Assembly (NCBI GenBank): GCA_028286825.1
Contig: JAQBQV010000011.1
Span: 12,920 to 76,919, forward strand
Reading direction: 5' to 3'
Length of the DNA stretch: 64,000 bases
Source: Parcubacteria group bacterium
GTDB taxonomy: Bacteria; Patescibacteriota; Minisyncoccia; Phycocordibacterales; Phycocordibacteraceae
The notes under the pieces are model-generated. The model did not search any database. It had not been told where the DNA came from and was given only the letters and a program-made list of their open reading frames with translations. The translations under genes and the position numbers were made by a program. Positions 44,627 to 53,730 of this stretch are shown here, piece by piece. The first letter of the stretch is position 1; every line of letters starts with the position of its first letter.

Positions 44627-46174
44627 ATGGTTTTAACCTCACTAACTACCAAGATTAAAAGCTGGTTCGGCTCGTTGCGCCACTACGTTCAGAGTACGTG
44701 GAATCGCTATCGCACACTCCCCCGCTGGCTTCAGATTGTCTTAGGACTTGTGGCACTGGCGGTACTTTTCTTTATATTCTCAAGCGCATCCAAGAGCGGT
44801 AATTCAACTAGCGAAGAGGCAACACTCCCAACGGTGGTCGTTTCGCGTATCGATGCACTCACTGGTGGAGGCGGCTCTGTATCAGTAGTGGGCTCGGTGC
44901 GCTCGATTGCTGAGGCTGAAGTCCTCGCTCAGAGCGGCGGTACCGTAACGGCGCTCCACGCACGGCTGGGTGGAGCGATCGGCGCGGGTTCTATCATTGC
45001 CGAGCTCGATAACGCAAGCCAGCGAGCCGCTGTGCTTCAAGCTGAAGGTTCCTATGATGCTGCGCTTGCCGCTCGATCAGGCACCTCAGCTACGGACATT
45101 GCCGCCTCCGCACGCAATACGTATACAACGGCGTACTCAACGAGCGATACCCTTCTCAAGCAGAACATTGATACATTCTTTGGAGCGCCAGGAGGGCTTG
45201 GGCCTCAACTACTAATTGCCCCGAGTCCGTTTGATTTTTCCTACTTCCCTAAGAAGCGCCAGGCTCTCACCGACGCTATGAATGTATGGCGTGAACATCA
45301 GGCAACCGCCTCTTCAAAAGATCCGCAGACTCTTCTAAATGAAGCTGAAACTATTATTCGCCTAGCAACTGCGCTCGGTAATGACCTGTCGCAAGCGGCT
45401 ACTAAAAATGGGACTGATGCTACCGCTGCTCAACTCACCGCCCTTTCGACCGCTCGCGCTGGCTTTACTAGTTTGCAGGCATCGATTACGGCAGCTAAGC
45501 TCGCATACCAAGGCCAAAATACCTCAGCTACAGCGGGGGCTGACGCTTCGGTAAAAATTGCGCTGGGAAGCCTTCGTGCTGCACAGGCTCAGCTCGAAAA
45601 AACGCTCGTGCGTGCGCCGATTTCTGGAACCGTTAACTTCCTCCCGATTCATGTGGGCGATTATGTCGCTCAACTTACCCACGTCGCGACAGTCGCTCAA
45701 AACGGCACACTCGAGATCGTCGCCTATATTTCAGAGGCAACTCGCGCCGCACTAACGGTAGGAGGAAAGGTGACGGTAGAAGACGCTTATCCAGGAATCA
45801 TCACTTCAATCGCCCCTGCCCTTGATCCCATCACGAAGCAGATTGAAATGCATGTCGCACTTACCGGAAAGACGCCACTCGTTAACGGACAGTCTGTTCG
45901 CATTGCACTCCCAAGCGAGACAGCAACACCACTGGTATCAACTACCGGTCCAACCCTACTTCCGCTCACAGCCCTTAAGCTCACCCCATCCTCACGGGTC
46001 GTGTTCTCGGTCGGGAACGACGATCGGCTCGTTTCCCATACAGTAGAGATTAATGATGTGCACGGAGATCGCATTGAAATTAAGACGGCTCTTCCGGCCG
46101 ATCTCGAAATCGTCATAGACGCCCGTGGGCTCTCAGATGGCCAAAAAGTGTCAGTAGCAACATCAACGCCGTAA
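44627..46174 (+). CDS. Periplasmic adaptor (membrane fusion protein) of an RND efflux system.
   Basis: An N-terminal TM helix, biotinyl/lipoyl-like and coiled-coil segments, and a C-terminal beta-barrel. It is immediately upstream of the RND pump. Confidence 0.75.
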   Translation: MVLTSLTTKIKSWFGSLRHYVQSTWNRYRTLPRWLQIVLGLVALAVLFFIFSSASKSGNSTSEEATLPTVVVSRIDALTGGGGSVSVVGSVRSIAEAEVLAQSGGTVTALHARLGGAIGAGSIIAELDNASQRAAVLQAEGSYDAALAARSGTSATDIAASARNTYTTAYSTSDTLLKQNIDTFFGAPGGLGPQLLIAPSPFDFSYFPKKRQALTDAMNVWREHQATASSKDPQTLLNEAETIIRLATALGNDLSQAATKNGTDATAAQLTALSTARAGFTSLQASITAAKLAYQGQNTSATAGADASVKIALGSLRAAQAQLEKTLVRAPISGTVNFLPIHVGDYVAQLTHVATVAQNGTLEIVAYISEATRAALTVGGKVTVEDAYPGIITSIAPALDPITKQIEMHVALTGKTPLVNGQSVRIALPSETATPLVSTTGPTLLPLTALKLTPSSRVVFSVGNDDRLVSHTVEINDVHGDRIEIKTALPADLEIVIDARGLSDGQKVSVATSTP

Positions 46175-46201
46175 TCATTTAGAGGAATTAACCATCCGTC
46201 T

Positions 46202-49200
46202 ATGACAGCCTTCTGGAGCTTCTTTATCACCAAACGCAATTTCACGATCTTCCTCATGATCGTGCTCTTTATTGCTGGCACCTACGCTGCGCTTTCCATG
46301 CCTAAAGAAGCAACGCCTGATATCCAGATTCCGCTCGGCGTGATCACCACAATCTTGCCAGGAGCTTCAGCTCCTGACATCGAGCGTCTCGTCACCAATA
46401 AGATTGAAAACGGTGTGCTTGGCCTCGAACATGTTTCAAAAGTGACTTCAACCTCAGGAGAAGGTATATCAAATATATCTGTCGAATTCGATGCCTCTGC
46501 TAATATCGATAAATCAATACAACAGCTCAAGGACGCTGTCGACAAGGTTCGTTCTGACCTTCCTACCGAGGCGCTTGCGCCAACCGTGAGTGACGTCAAT
46601 TTTGCCGATCAGCCTGTACTTATTGTCGCTGTATCGGGCAATTTAGCTCCTGCAGAACTCACCGCACTAGGTGAATCAGTCTCTGATGAGATCAAGCGCG
46701 TCAGCGGCGTCTCGAGAGTGACTGTTTCAGGCGTACGAGCACGCCAAGTAAGCGTCATTGTGAAGCAAGAACGCTTACGCCAATATAATCTTTCGCTCAC
46801 GGACGTCACAAACGCGATCCGAGCAGCTGGCGTTACCTCCCCTGCCGGCTCCCTGACAATCGACAACGTGAACTACGCTGTACGCTTTGAAGCTGGCGTC
46901 GTATCGACTGACCAGGTTGCCGGGCTTTCACTCACTGGTCCTACTGGCGCAACGCTCCACATAGCTGATGTTGCAGATGTTGTCGATGGACTTGAAGATC
47001 CTTCGACCTATTCAAGAGTGTCGGTGAACGGCGCGCCTGCAAACCCCTCACTCACGCTGACTGTCTTCAAGAGTCGGGGCGGCAACATAGCAGCCACTGG
47101 ATCTGCAGTGCAGAACAAACTCGAGGAGCTTCAGTCGGGTATCCTCGCGGGTACCGACATTGTCGTTTCGTTCAATGGAGCGGACGACGTGAGTAAGAGT
47201 CTCACTGAGCTCACGCGTGCAGGTATCGAAACGGTGATCCTCGTGATGATCGTGCTTATTGTCACACTCGGCTGGAGAGAGTCGTTGGTCGCGGCTGCGT
47301 CGATCCCGCTCTCGTTCCTTGTCGCGTTTATTGGTCTTCTCGCATCAGGGAACACGCTCAATAACGTCTCACTTTTCGCTCTTGTTCTCGCGATCGGTAT
47401 CTTGGTTGACTCCGGCATTGTGGTTGTCGAAGCATTCCATACACGGCTTCTCAAATACGGGGATAAGCAAGCGGCGGCTGTTGCGGCAATCCGCGAATAT
47501 GCGTGGCCGCTTATTGCCGGGACCTTCACCACGATTGTCGTCTTTATCCCACTCTTTTTTATCTCTGGCATTGTTGGTAAGTTCCTCGCGTCCATCCCGT
47601 TCACGGTTATTTTCGTTCTTCTTGCCAGCATTTTTGTCGCGCTTGGATTCGTTCCCTTACTTGCGATTATGTATGTGAAGCCTTCGCACTCTGCTACAGT
47701 GTCGCGCCAAGAAATATACAACACCAAAATTCGCACGTGGTACCAAGGGTTCCTCCATCGAATGCTCCATAATACTAGAAACCAGAACCGTTTTATTTGG
47801 GCGATGATAGGACTCTTTGTACTCGCAATCGCACTTCCCGCCACGGGACTCTTGAAGTCGATCTTCTTCCCGGGTGATGATTTTGATTATTTGTACATTC
47901 AGATTGAAAAGCCTCAAGGTACAGCGCTTGGCGCTACTGATCTCGCGATGCGCGAGGTAGAAGAGGTGCTCTACAACAACAGCGACATTATTTCTTTTGT
48001 AAGCCAGACCGGCGCTGGCAGTGCCTTTGCCACAAGCGACTTCTCGGGCCCAGGCTCAGGAGGTGCTGTCGGTAACATTACGGTCAACCTACCTAAAGGT
48101 CACAAAAAAACGAGCACCGAAATGGTTACTGAGCTGCGCAAAGAGCTAGCAAGCATTGCCTCAGCTACCATTACAGTTGGCGAGCCTGCGGGAGGCCCTC
48201 CTGCCTCAGCGCCGGTCTCCCTTACCTTCAGTGGCTCAGACCTGAACGCGCTAACCGTGACGTCGGAAAATGCGAGCCATATACTCTCCGACATCCCAGG
48301 TGTGCTAAATATTCAGTCGAGTACAAAAAGCTCAGGCGGCGAGTTTGTTGTGTCTCTCGACAGCGCGAAAGCGACTGAATTAGGTGTCTCCCCTTTGGTT
48401 GTTGCTGAGACGCTTCGCACTGCACTCTTCAGCCAGAAGGCAACCTCAATCCGAAGCGGTAAAGACGACATTGAAGTTCGCACGCGGCTTGACCTCAACC
48501 CCTCATACCAGGATCCTTCAGAAACAACGCATACCTCAATTGACGCAGTTCGCGCGCTTACCGTTCGCGGTACTCACGGACCCGTCCCGCTCTCGACGAT
48601 CGCACGGATTACGTACGAGCCGACTCAAACGTCGATTCGCCATGAGGCAGGAAATCGTATCAGCACCGTTACCGCGGATGTCGGTCCGCAATCAAATGCG
48701 GTCGAGGTTACCAATCAATTCAAGAAACTCTTTACCGCCGAAAATATTGGCTCCGGCGTCACCTTGAAGCTTGGTGGTACCTCTGAAGATATCAACAAAT
48801 CATTTACCGAACTCTTCCTCGCGCTTATTGCTGGAGCAGCACTGATGCTTTCAATCCTTATTCTCGAGTTCAACTCATTCCGCCATTCGCTCTACCTGCT
48901 CGCAATCATTCCGCTGTCACTCGTAGGTGTCTTTGGTGGTCTCGCCCTGGTCGGTTCCCCACTCTCGCTCCCGTCTATGCTTGGAGTGATCGCACTCGCC
49001 GGAGTGATCATTAATCATGCCATTATTCTCATGGACTCTATTGCGCGCATTCACCGCGAACACCCGGAGATGTCACTCGAGGGAGTAGTGGTCGAGGCGG
49101 GCTCAACAAGGCTTCGCCCCATACTTCTCACGACAATCGTAACCGTCATCGGTATGCTGCCCTTGGCCTTTGCCTCTCCGTTCTGGGCGCCTCTCGCCTT

Positions 49201-49360
49201 CGCCATTATGTTCGGTTTAGCCTTCTCACTTCTTCTTACGCTCGTGCTTATTCCTACGCTGTACTACCGCTGGCCTGGAAAAGACATACGGGCGCATTAC
49301 GCTCGCATAGCTTCTGCCGCAGAACCACCGAGTGCTCCTCCCGTTACTACCCATTACTAA
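46202..49360 (+). CDS. RND efflux transporter permease (AcrB/HAE1-like).
   Basis: 1052 aa with 12 TM helices and two large periplasmic loops. AcrB-family architecture. Confidence 0.9.
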   Translation: MTAFWSFFITKRNFTIFLMIVLFIAGTYAALSMPKEATPDIQIPLGVITTILPGASAPDIERLVTNKIENGVLGLEHVSKVTSTSGEGISNISVEFDASANIDKSIQQLKDAVDKVRSDLPTEALAPTVSDVNFADQPVLIVAVSGNLAPAELTALGESVSDEIKRVSGVSRVTVSGVRARQVSVIVKQERLRQYNLSLTDVTNAIRAAGVTSPAGSLTIDNVNYAVRFEAGVVSTDQVAGLSLTGPTGATLHIADVADVVDGLEDPSTYSRVSVNGAPANPSLTLTVFKSRGGNIAATGSAVQNKLEELQSGILAGTDIVVSFNGADDVSKSLTELTRAGIETVILVMIVLIVTLGWRESLVAAASIPLSFLVAFIGLLASGNTLNNVSLFALVLAIGILVDSGIVVVEAFHTRLLKYGDKQAAAVAAIREYAWPLIAGTFTTIVVFIPLFFISGIVGKFLASIPFTVIFVLLASIFVALGFVPLLAIMYVKPSHSATVSRQEIYNTKIRTWYQGFLHRMLHNTRNQNRFIWAMIGLFVLAIALPATGLLKSIFFPGDDFDYLYIQIEKPQGTALGATDLAMREVEEVLYNNSDIISFVSQTGAGSAFATSDFSGPGSGGAVGNITVNLPKGHKKTSTEMVTELRKELASIASATITVGEPAGGPPASAPVSLTFSGSDLNALTVTSENASHILSDIPGVLNIQSSTKSSGGEFVVSLDSAKATELGVSPLVVAETLRTALFSQKATSIRSGKDDIEVRTRLDLNPSYQDPSETTHTSIDAVRALTVRGTHGPVPLSTIARITYEPTQTSIRHEAGNRISTVTADVGPQSNAVEVTNQFKKLFTAENIGSGVTLKLGGTSEDINKSFTELFLALIAGAALMLSILILEFNSFRHSLYLLAIIPLSLVGVFGGLALVGSPLSLPSMLGVIALAGVIINHAIILMDSIARIHREHPEMSLEGVVVEAGSTRLRPILLTTIVTVIGMLPLAFASPFWAPLAFAIMFGLAFSLLLTLVLIPTLYYRWPGKDIRAHYARIASAAEPPSAPPVTTHY

Positions 49361-49417
49361 CAAAACGGCCGCGTGCGCGGCCGTTTTGTTATCCCGAGAG
49401 TTGGAGTTGATAACGTT

Positions 49418-50287
49418 TTATTGAATAAGATGGATCGGTACTGATAGCACATCGCCGCTGTTTTCACCTCGGAAGATATAGAGATATTCGCCAATCGTTC
49501 CAGGTAAGGTCATAGAGCCTGTTGAGAAGTTTCCGCCTCCGTCAGCGTGCGCTGTGCGGACAGTTTGACCGTTGAGCGTAATCGTAACCGTTTCTTCATG
49601 ACCGAAATTGCGACCATTGAAGTCAATGGTGCCTCCCGCCCGGTAGGTATGACCGCTCTGATCAACCCAAGCTCCTGTTCGATTCGTCGTTACAGGTGGC
49701 GTTGTCGTTCCAGAGCCGCCGGGCGTGGTAGTCCCCATTCCTAGATTATCAATCAGCCATTGAATCTGAACCGCATCACCTGGATACATCATTTTAAGCC
49801 ACATAAGATGCATGACGAGCCCATCGCGACCACACCAGTCAGTAGTTGAGGCAGTTGTTGAACCGAAACCGAAAGGCATGGAGTGCCAATCTGACCACAT
49901 AGTCGACGTCGCATTCATGGGAGTATTTGTCGCATTCCCTCCCCACATCCCCATTCCATTACAAAGTCCAATCGGGTGTGACTCTGGAGTAGTGGTGCCC
50001 ATACCACCTGTTGTAGTTGCTATCGTACCGGTACTGGTTGCAGTAGTGGTGCCCATATTACCTGTTGTAGTTGCTATCGTACCGGTACTGGTTGCAGTAG
50101 TGGTGCCTACCGCCATAAATTGGAACAGCGGTGTAGTGGTTCCGGTAGTAAGGCCTTCCGCTGTATTTGAGACTTCTTGAGTAGTAGTCGACGTCGTTTG
50201 GGCGTAGGTATGCGGCGTGCTAAGCGTTGCTACCAAAAGCAAAGCCATCAGTCCCCAAAGCCTATATCTGAGCATATGTCTAATCAT
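49418..50287 (-). CDS. Secreted Thr/Gly-rich repeat protein.
   Basis: Signal peptide. Tandem repeats TTTATSTGTIATTTGxMGTTT, matching a duplicated ~60-nt DNA repeat at about 49990-50110. Confidence 0.6.
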   Translation of the reverse strand: MIRHMLRYRLWGLMALLLVATLSTPHTYAQTTSTTTQEVSNTAEGLTTGTTTPLFQFMAVGTTTATSTGTIATTTGNMGTTTATSTGTIATTTGGMGTTTPESHPIGLCNGMGMWGGNATNTPMNATSTMWSDWHSMPFGFGSTTASTTDWCGRDGLVMHLMWLKMMYPGDAVQIQWLIDNLGMGTTTPGGSGTTTPPVTTNRTGAWVDQSGHTYRAGGTIDFNGRNFGHEETVTITLNGQTVRTAHADGGGNFSTGSMTLPGTIGEYLYIFRGENSGDVLSVPIHLIQ

Positions 50288-50432
50288 AGATGGATTTTAT
50301 TATGTGTTTATAATGTTTATAATTTATAAATGGTGTCGTGCAGTAAGGTCTGAGTACCAACGGTTCTCTGGTTTTCTCTGGTTATCGTGCATCCACAAAA
50401 CTATAAGTGTCTAGCTGTTAAAAAGAAGTGAA

Positions 50433-51104
50433 TCAATACCCTTGAGTTAGCGTGTTAAGTTGGGATAGCAAATTGGAAAGTTGTTGTTGGAGTTGAGAAA
50501 TCTTAATACGCAATGCCGTGATCTCTGCAGTGCGAGCCTGAGATGTGTACGATGGCTTTGCGTTTATCACCGTCGCGGTATACGTATTGCCATAGCTTGG
50601 AGCGGTCACATACCCCGAGTTCCCCCAGTACGTTTGTGTTTGTTGCGCTGGCGCATTTACAAGAAATGTCGGTGGGTTGTACGGATCTATACCGGTCGCT
50701 GTTACCGTCACGAGACCAGCTGAGACATTTGGTACGCGAATTACCGTTGAGAACGATCCGTTACTGTCGGAGACGACTCTCCCGACTGCTATACCGGCGA
50801 AGTAAATAACAATTGCCGAGTTGCGGTTGAATGCGCTTCCAGAAACGACTACCTGTTCCCCAGGGACGCCGTCGTGTGGACTCGTACTGACTGAACCTGT
50901 TGGTACGCCTGGGTCGTATGAGTGAACTGGAGGCAGGGACGGAATATAGGTATTAACGTATCCACCAGTACCAGTATTCGGGTAATAAGATCCGCCATTA
51001 GAGGTATAGGTCGAGCTATACGTCTGGGCCTCTGCCTTTGCACTAAGACCAGTAACAATGAGTAGCGCAAGTAGGCTGTAGTTTAGGATTTTCATTTTCT
51101 TCAT
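50433..51104 (-). CDS. Secreted protein with a C-terminal coiled coil.
   Basis: Signal peptide (MKKMKILNYSLLALLIVTGLSAKA). C-terminus ITALRIKISQLQQQLSNLLSQLNTL. Confidence 0.55.
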   Translation of the reverse strand: MKKMKILNYSLLALLIVTGLSAKAEAQTYSSTYTSNGGSYYPNTGTGGYVNTYIPSLPPVHSYDPGVPTGSVSTSPHDGVPGEQVVVSGSAFNRNSAIVIYFAGIAVGRVVSDSNGSFSTVIRVPNVSAGLVTVTATGIDPYNPPTFLVNAPAQQTQTYWGNSGYVTAPSYGNTYTATVINAKPSYTSQARTAEITALRIKISQLQQQLSNLLSQLNTLTQGY

Positions 51105-51198
51105 TAACGTAGCCTACGCCAGTGCGGGTTAATGCTGAGTGAAGTAGTATGCTCTAGCTTAACTTTCTCTTCACTCGAGACACGGTATCACTACCTGC

Positions 51199-51702
51199 AT
51201 GATTAATGCCATTACGATCATTAAGCGAGACCACCGCGCTATAAAGACTGACTATCTTCAATTCAAAACGTTGAGCGGGAACGAGCAAAGGCGCATTGCT
51301 GAAAAAATCTTTAGTGCGCTCGATGCCCACGCGAAGATGGAGGAGGAATTTTTTTATCCGACAGTAGTCAAAGAGGCAAGCACTGACGCACGCATCCTAA
51401 TCGAGAGTGCGCTCGCCGAGCATGCGGAGACAAAACAACTAATTCAACGATTTCGCAGAGAGCAAGATTGGCTTGGCTTTGAAATGAAGATTGAGGAGCT
51501 TCTAGCAGGTGTTATGCATCACGTGCATGACGAGGAGAAGCAACTTTTACCACTTGTAAAAGACTCCCTCTCACAACAACGGCTTGAAGCCCTGGGTGCA
51601 GAAATGGATCTCCATTCTCCGAGTCGAGGTCAGACCGTGAGTGACCAAATCGGCGAACAACTCAAATCCAATGCAGCATTTCTTACCAAGAAAAAGAAAT
51701 AA
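51199..51702 (+). CDS. Hemerythrin-like HHE cation-binding domain protein.
   Basis: IIKRDHRAIK ... EEEFFYP ... HHVHDEE are His/Glu metal-ligand motifs. Confidence 0.7.
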   Translation: MINAITIIKRDHRAIKTDYLQFKTLSGNEQRRIAEKIFSALDAHAKMEEEFFYPTVVKEASTDARILIESALAEHAETKQLIQRFRREQDWLGFEMKIEELLAGVMHHVHDEEKQLLPLVKDSLSQQRLEALGAEMDLHSPSRGQTVSDQIGEQLKSNAAFLTKKKK

Positions 51703-51799
51703 CGGCAACAGTCGTGCTCTTAACTAAGTCTTAACGCATGAACCCCTATACTCGCGCTACAGGTCGATACCATTAATAAAAAAGCTAATACTACTCATT

Positions 51800-52072
51800 A
51801 TGACTAACGACACAAATCGCGACAACGATAACTCGGGCGCTCGCGGCACTAGTTCGATGGAAGGGTCAGGAGACACGTCACAGACAAGTGGCAAGGCAGC
51901 TCATGAAAAGGATTCGGAAATGGAAGCAAACGAAGAGCAGCGCGAAAGCGGAGCAGGTGAAGGCAGAAAAGCTTCGCATAGCTCAGAGTCAAACAACATG
52001 AATACTGCCGATTCAGACACGACCTCGGGCAGGAACGCAGGTTGGTCCTCAGACTTTGAAAGCGGCACATAG
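51800..52072 (+). CDS. Small acidic, low-complexity protein.
   Basis: 90-aa S/E/D-rich ORF. Confidence 0.3.
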   Translation: MTNDTNRDNDNSGARGTSSMEGSGDTSQTSGKAAHEKDSEMEANEEQRESGAGEGRKASHSSESNNMNTADSDTTSGRNAGWSSDFESGT

Positions 52073-52154
52073 TGTTGCCGATAGTCCATAAGAAAAACCG
52101 AGAGTCCGAACTCTCGGTTTTTCTTATGCCGCACAGGGGAATCGCTTTTTAAAA

Positions 52155-52814
52155 CTAGCGGAGCGGAGCGAGAGTCCAATCGCGCAGAGCAAGCGCTGTT
52201 ATCAGTGACGGTTCAGTCGAAGAAACAATACCCGAAACACCCACAAAGTCCCCTATATGAATTGTGCTTGCTAGAGCCGTACCAACACCTGGAGGAATAA
52301 ACGCGGTGTCGCTTGTAATGCGCACCGTCCATTCCCCACCCCAGGTAACGAGCGTGAGCGCCGTTGAGGAAGCCGCCGTCACTACTCCTCGCAACAAAAT
52401 GTTTCCGTTCGCATCAATCTGTACCACTGCTGGTACTGGCGAGTGCTTAAGAGCGATAAGTGTCGGGAGTGCGTAGCCGGGATGAATCGCTACCGTAGTT
52501 GAGGCAGCTGTGGCTGCGGACGTCGTTGTAGTGGACGTAGTTGCTGTTGAGATATTGGCACTTGTCGAAGATAACTCTTGAGCTGCCGCTGAAGTTGAGC
52601 TTCCCGTCAACGTAGGGCCGCGGTAAGAGGTAGTACTTGATAAAGAGTTGACGTCATCAGTTGTCGAGGTAGGGGAAGACGAGGCCATCGTTGCACAAGA
52701 AGCTGCAATGCAGGTCGACGGCGTTATCTGGGCGTTTACCAAAACAGATCCTGACAAAAAGACTGCTGCAGCAGCCACAACAACGCTCGAAACACGCATT
52801 GACTGTTTGTTCAT
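52155..52814 (-). CDS. Secreted Ser/Thr/Ala-rich protein.
   Basis: Signal peptide, an S/T/A-rich linker and a C-terminal beta-rich domain. Confidence 0.45.
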   Translation of the reverse strand: MNKQSMRVSSVVVAAAAVFLSGSVLVNAQITPSTCIAASCATMASSSPTSTTDDVNSLSSTTSYRGPTLTGSSTSAAAQELSSTSANISTATTSTTTTSAATAASTTVAIHPGYALPTLIALKHSPVPAVVQIDANGNILLRGVVTAASSTALTLVTWGGEWTVRITSDTAFIPPGVGTALASTIHIGDFVGVSGIVSSTEPSLITALALRDWTLAPLR

Positions 52815-52895
52815 ACGTAAAGCGATTAACTAGTAACTACCTACTGTAGTTAGACCACTGTACCCGCAACTATATGAATCATGAGTGAAAGCCCG

Positions 52896-53702
52896 TCAGT
52901 AGCTTTTATACCAAAAACCAAAGGGTCCGAGTGGAAGATATTTCCCGATGCGCGTACGATGGATCGATAGCGCGAGCGCCGAAGTGCCCAGGTTTGCCCC
53001 AATCCGCTCAGAAAGACTGCGCATATAAGTGCCTGAGCCACATACCACTCGTAGCCGAATTACCCAAAAAGATTTTACTCCCGCTAATGCTACGGCGCCC
53101 CAACAGAGTTTCACCTCTTCAATACGAAAATCTCTTCCTAATTTTTTTGATGACGCCATACTGTGCGGTACTTTCTGTAAGAGTAAATCAACTCGATCAA
53201 AAAGCTGATTCGCTTTGAGCTCATAGAAATCGCGATATCGAATTTGATAGAGGTGCTCGGTGTGCGTCGGAATAGTAATTGTGTCGAGTCCTGCCTCCAA
53301 TGCGTGAAGGAAGAGCGGCTTACCACCCACTGTTTTTGAAGAAAAAACTGGGTAGGCATGCACCTGAGCGCCTTCTTCCTTTTTGAGCGCCTTCTTCAGC
53401 TGCGTTGTACGTACCACAGGCAGCCGTGGGGCGGCTTCTACGAGACCCAGCACGTCCCCCGTATCACTACCCACTCCAAGCAGTATCTCGATTTCATACT
53501 CTTTGTCGAGCTTAGTGTATGCCGTTTGTCGTTTACATTCTTCCCCAAGGAGTATGAGGAGTTTTCCTGAAGCCATGGGATCCAACCGTCCGGCATATGA
53601 AGCGGATACCTTTCTATAGTTGGGGTGACCTCTTCTCCACGACTCTAGAGCGGCAAGAGGCGTCTCCCCCACCAGTTTGTCGAGTACCACAAAACGCTTC
53701 AT
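52896..53702 (-). CDS. truB: TruB-family tRNA pseudouridine synthase.
   Basis: YAGRLDPMASGKLLIL catalytic-Asp motif. The start is taken at the internal Met (MKRFVVLD). Confidence 0.75.
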   Translation of the reverse strand: MKRFVVLDKLVGETPLAALESWRRGHPNYRKVSASYAGRLDPMASGKLLILLGEECKRQTAYTKLDKEYEIEILLGVGSDTGDVLGLVEAAPRLPVVRTTQLKKALKKEEGAQVHAYPVFSSKTVGGKPLFLHALEAGLDTITIPTHTEHLYQIRYRDFYELKANQLFDRVDLLLQKVPHSMASSKKLGRDFRIEEVKLCWGAVALAGVKSFWVIRLRVVCGSGTYMRSLSERIGANLGTSALALSIHRTRIGKYLPLGPFGFWYKSY

Positions 53703-53730
53703 GTTTACCTTAGTATACTCCGTCGCTCGT

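Noticed and set aside
47131-47844. 237-aa minus-strand ORF, plus several 60-140-aa ORFs on either strand between 46.2 and 49.4 kb.
   Set aside because: All lie within the 1052-aa RND permease coding region, in other frames or antisense.
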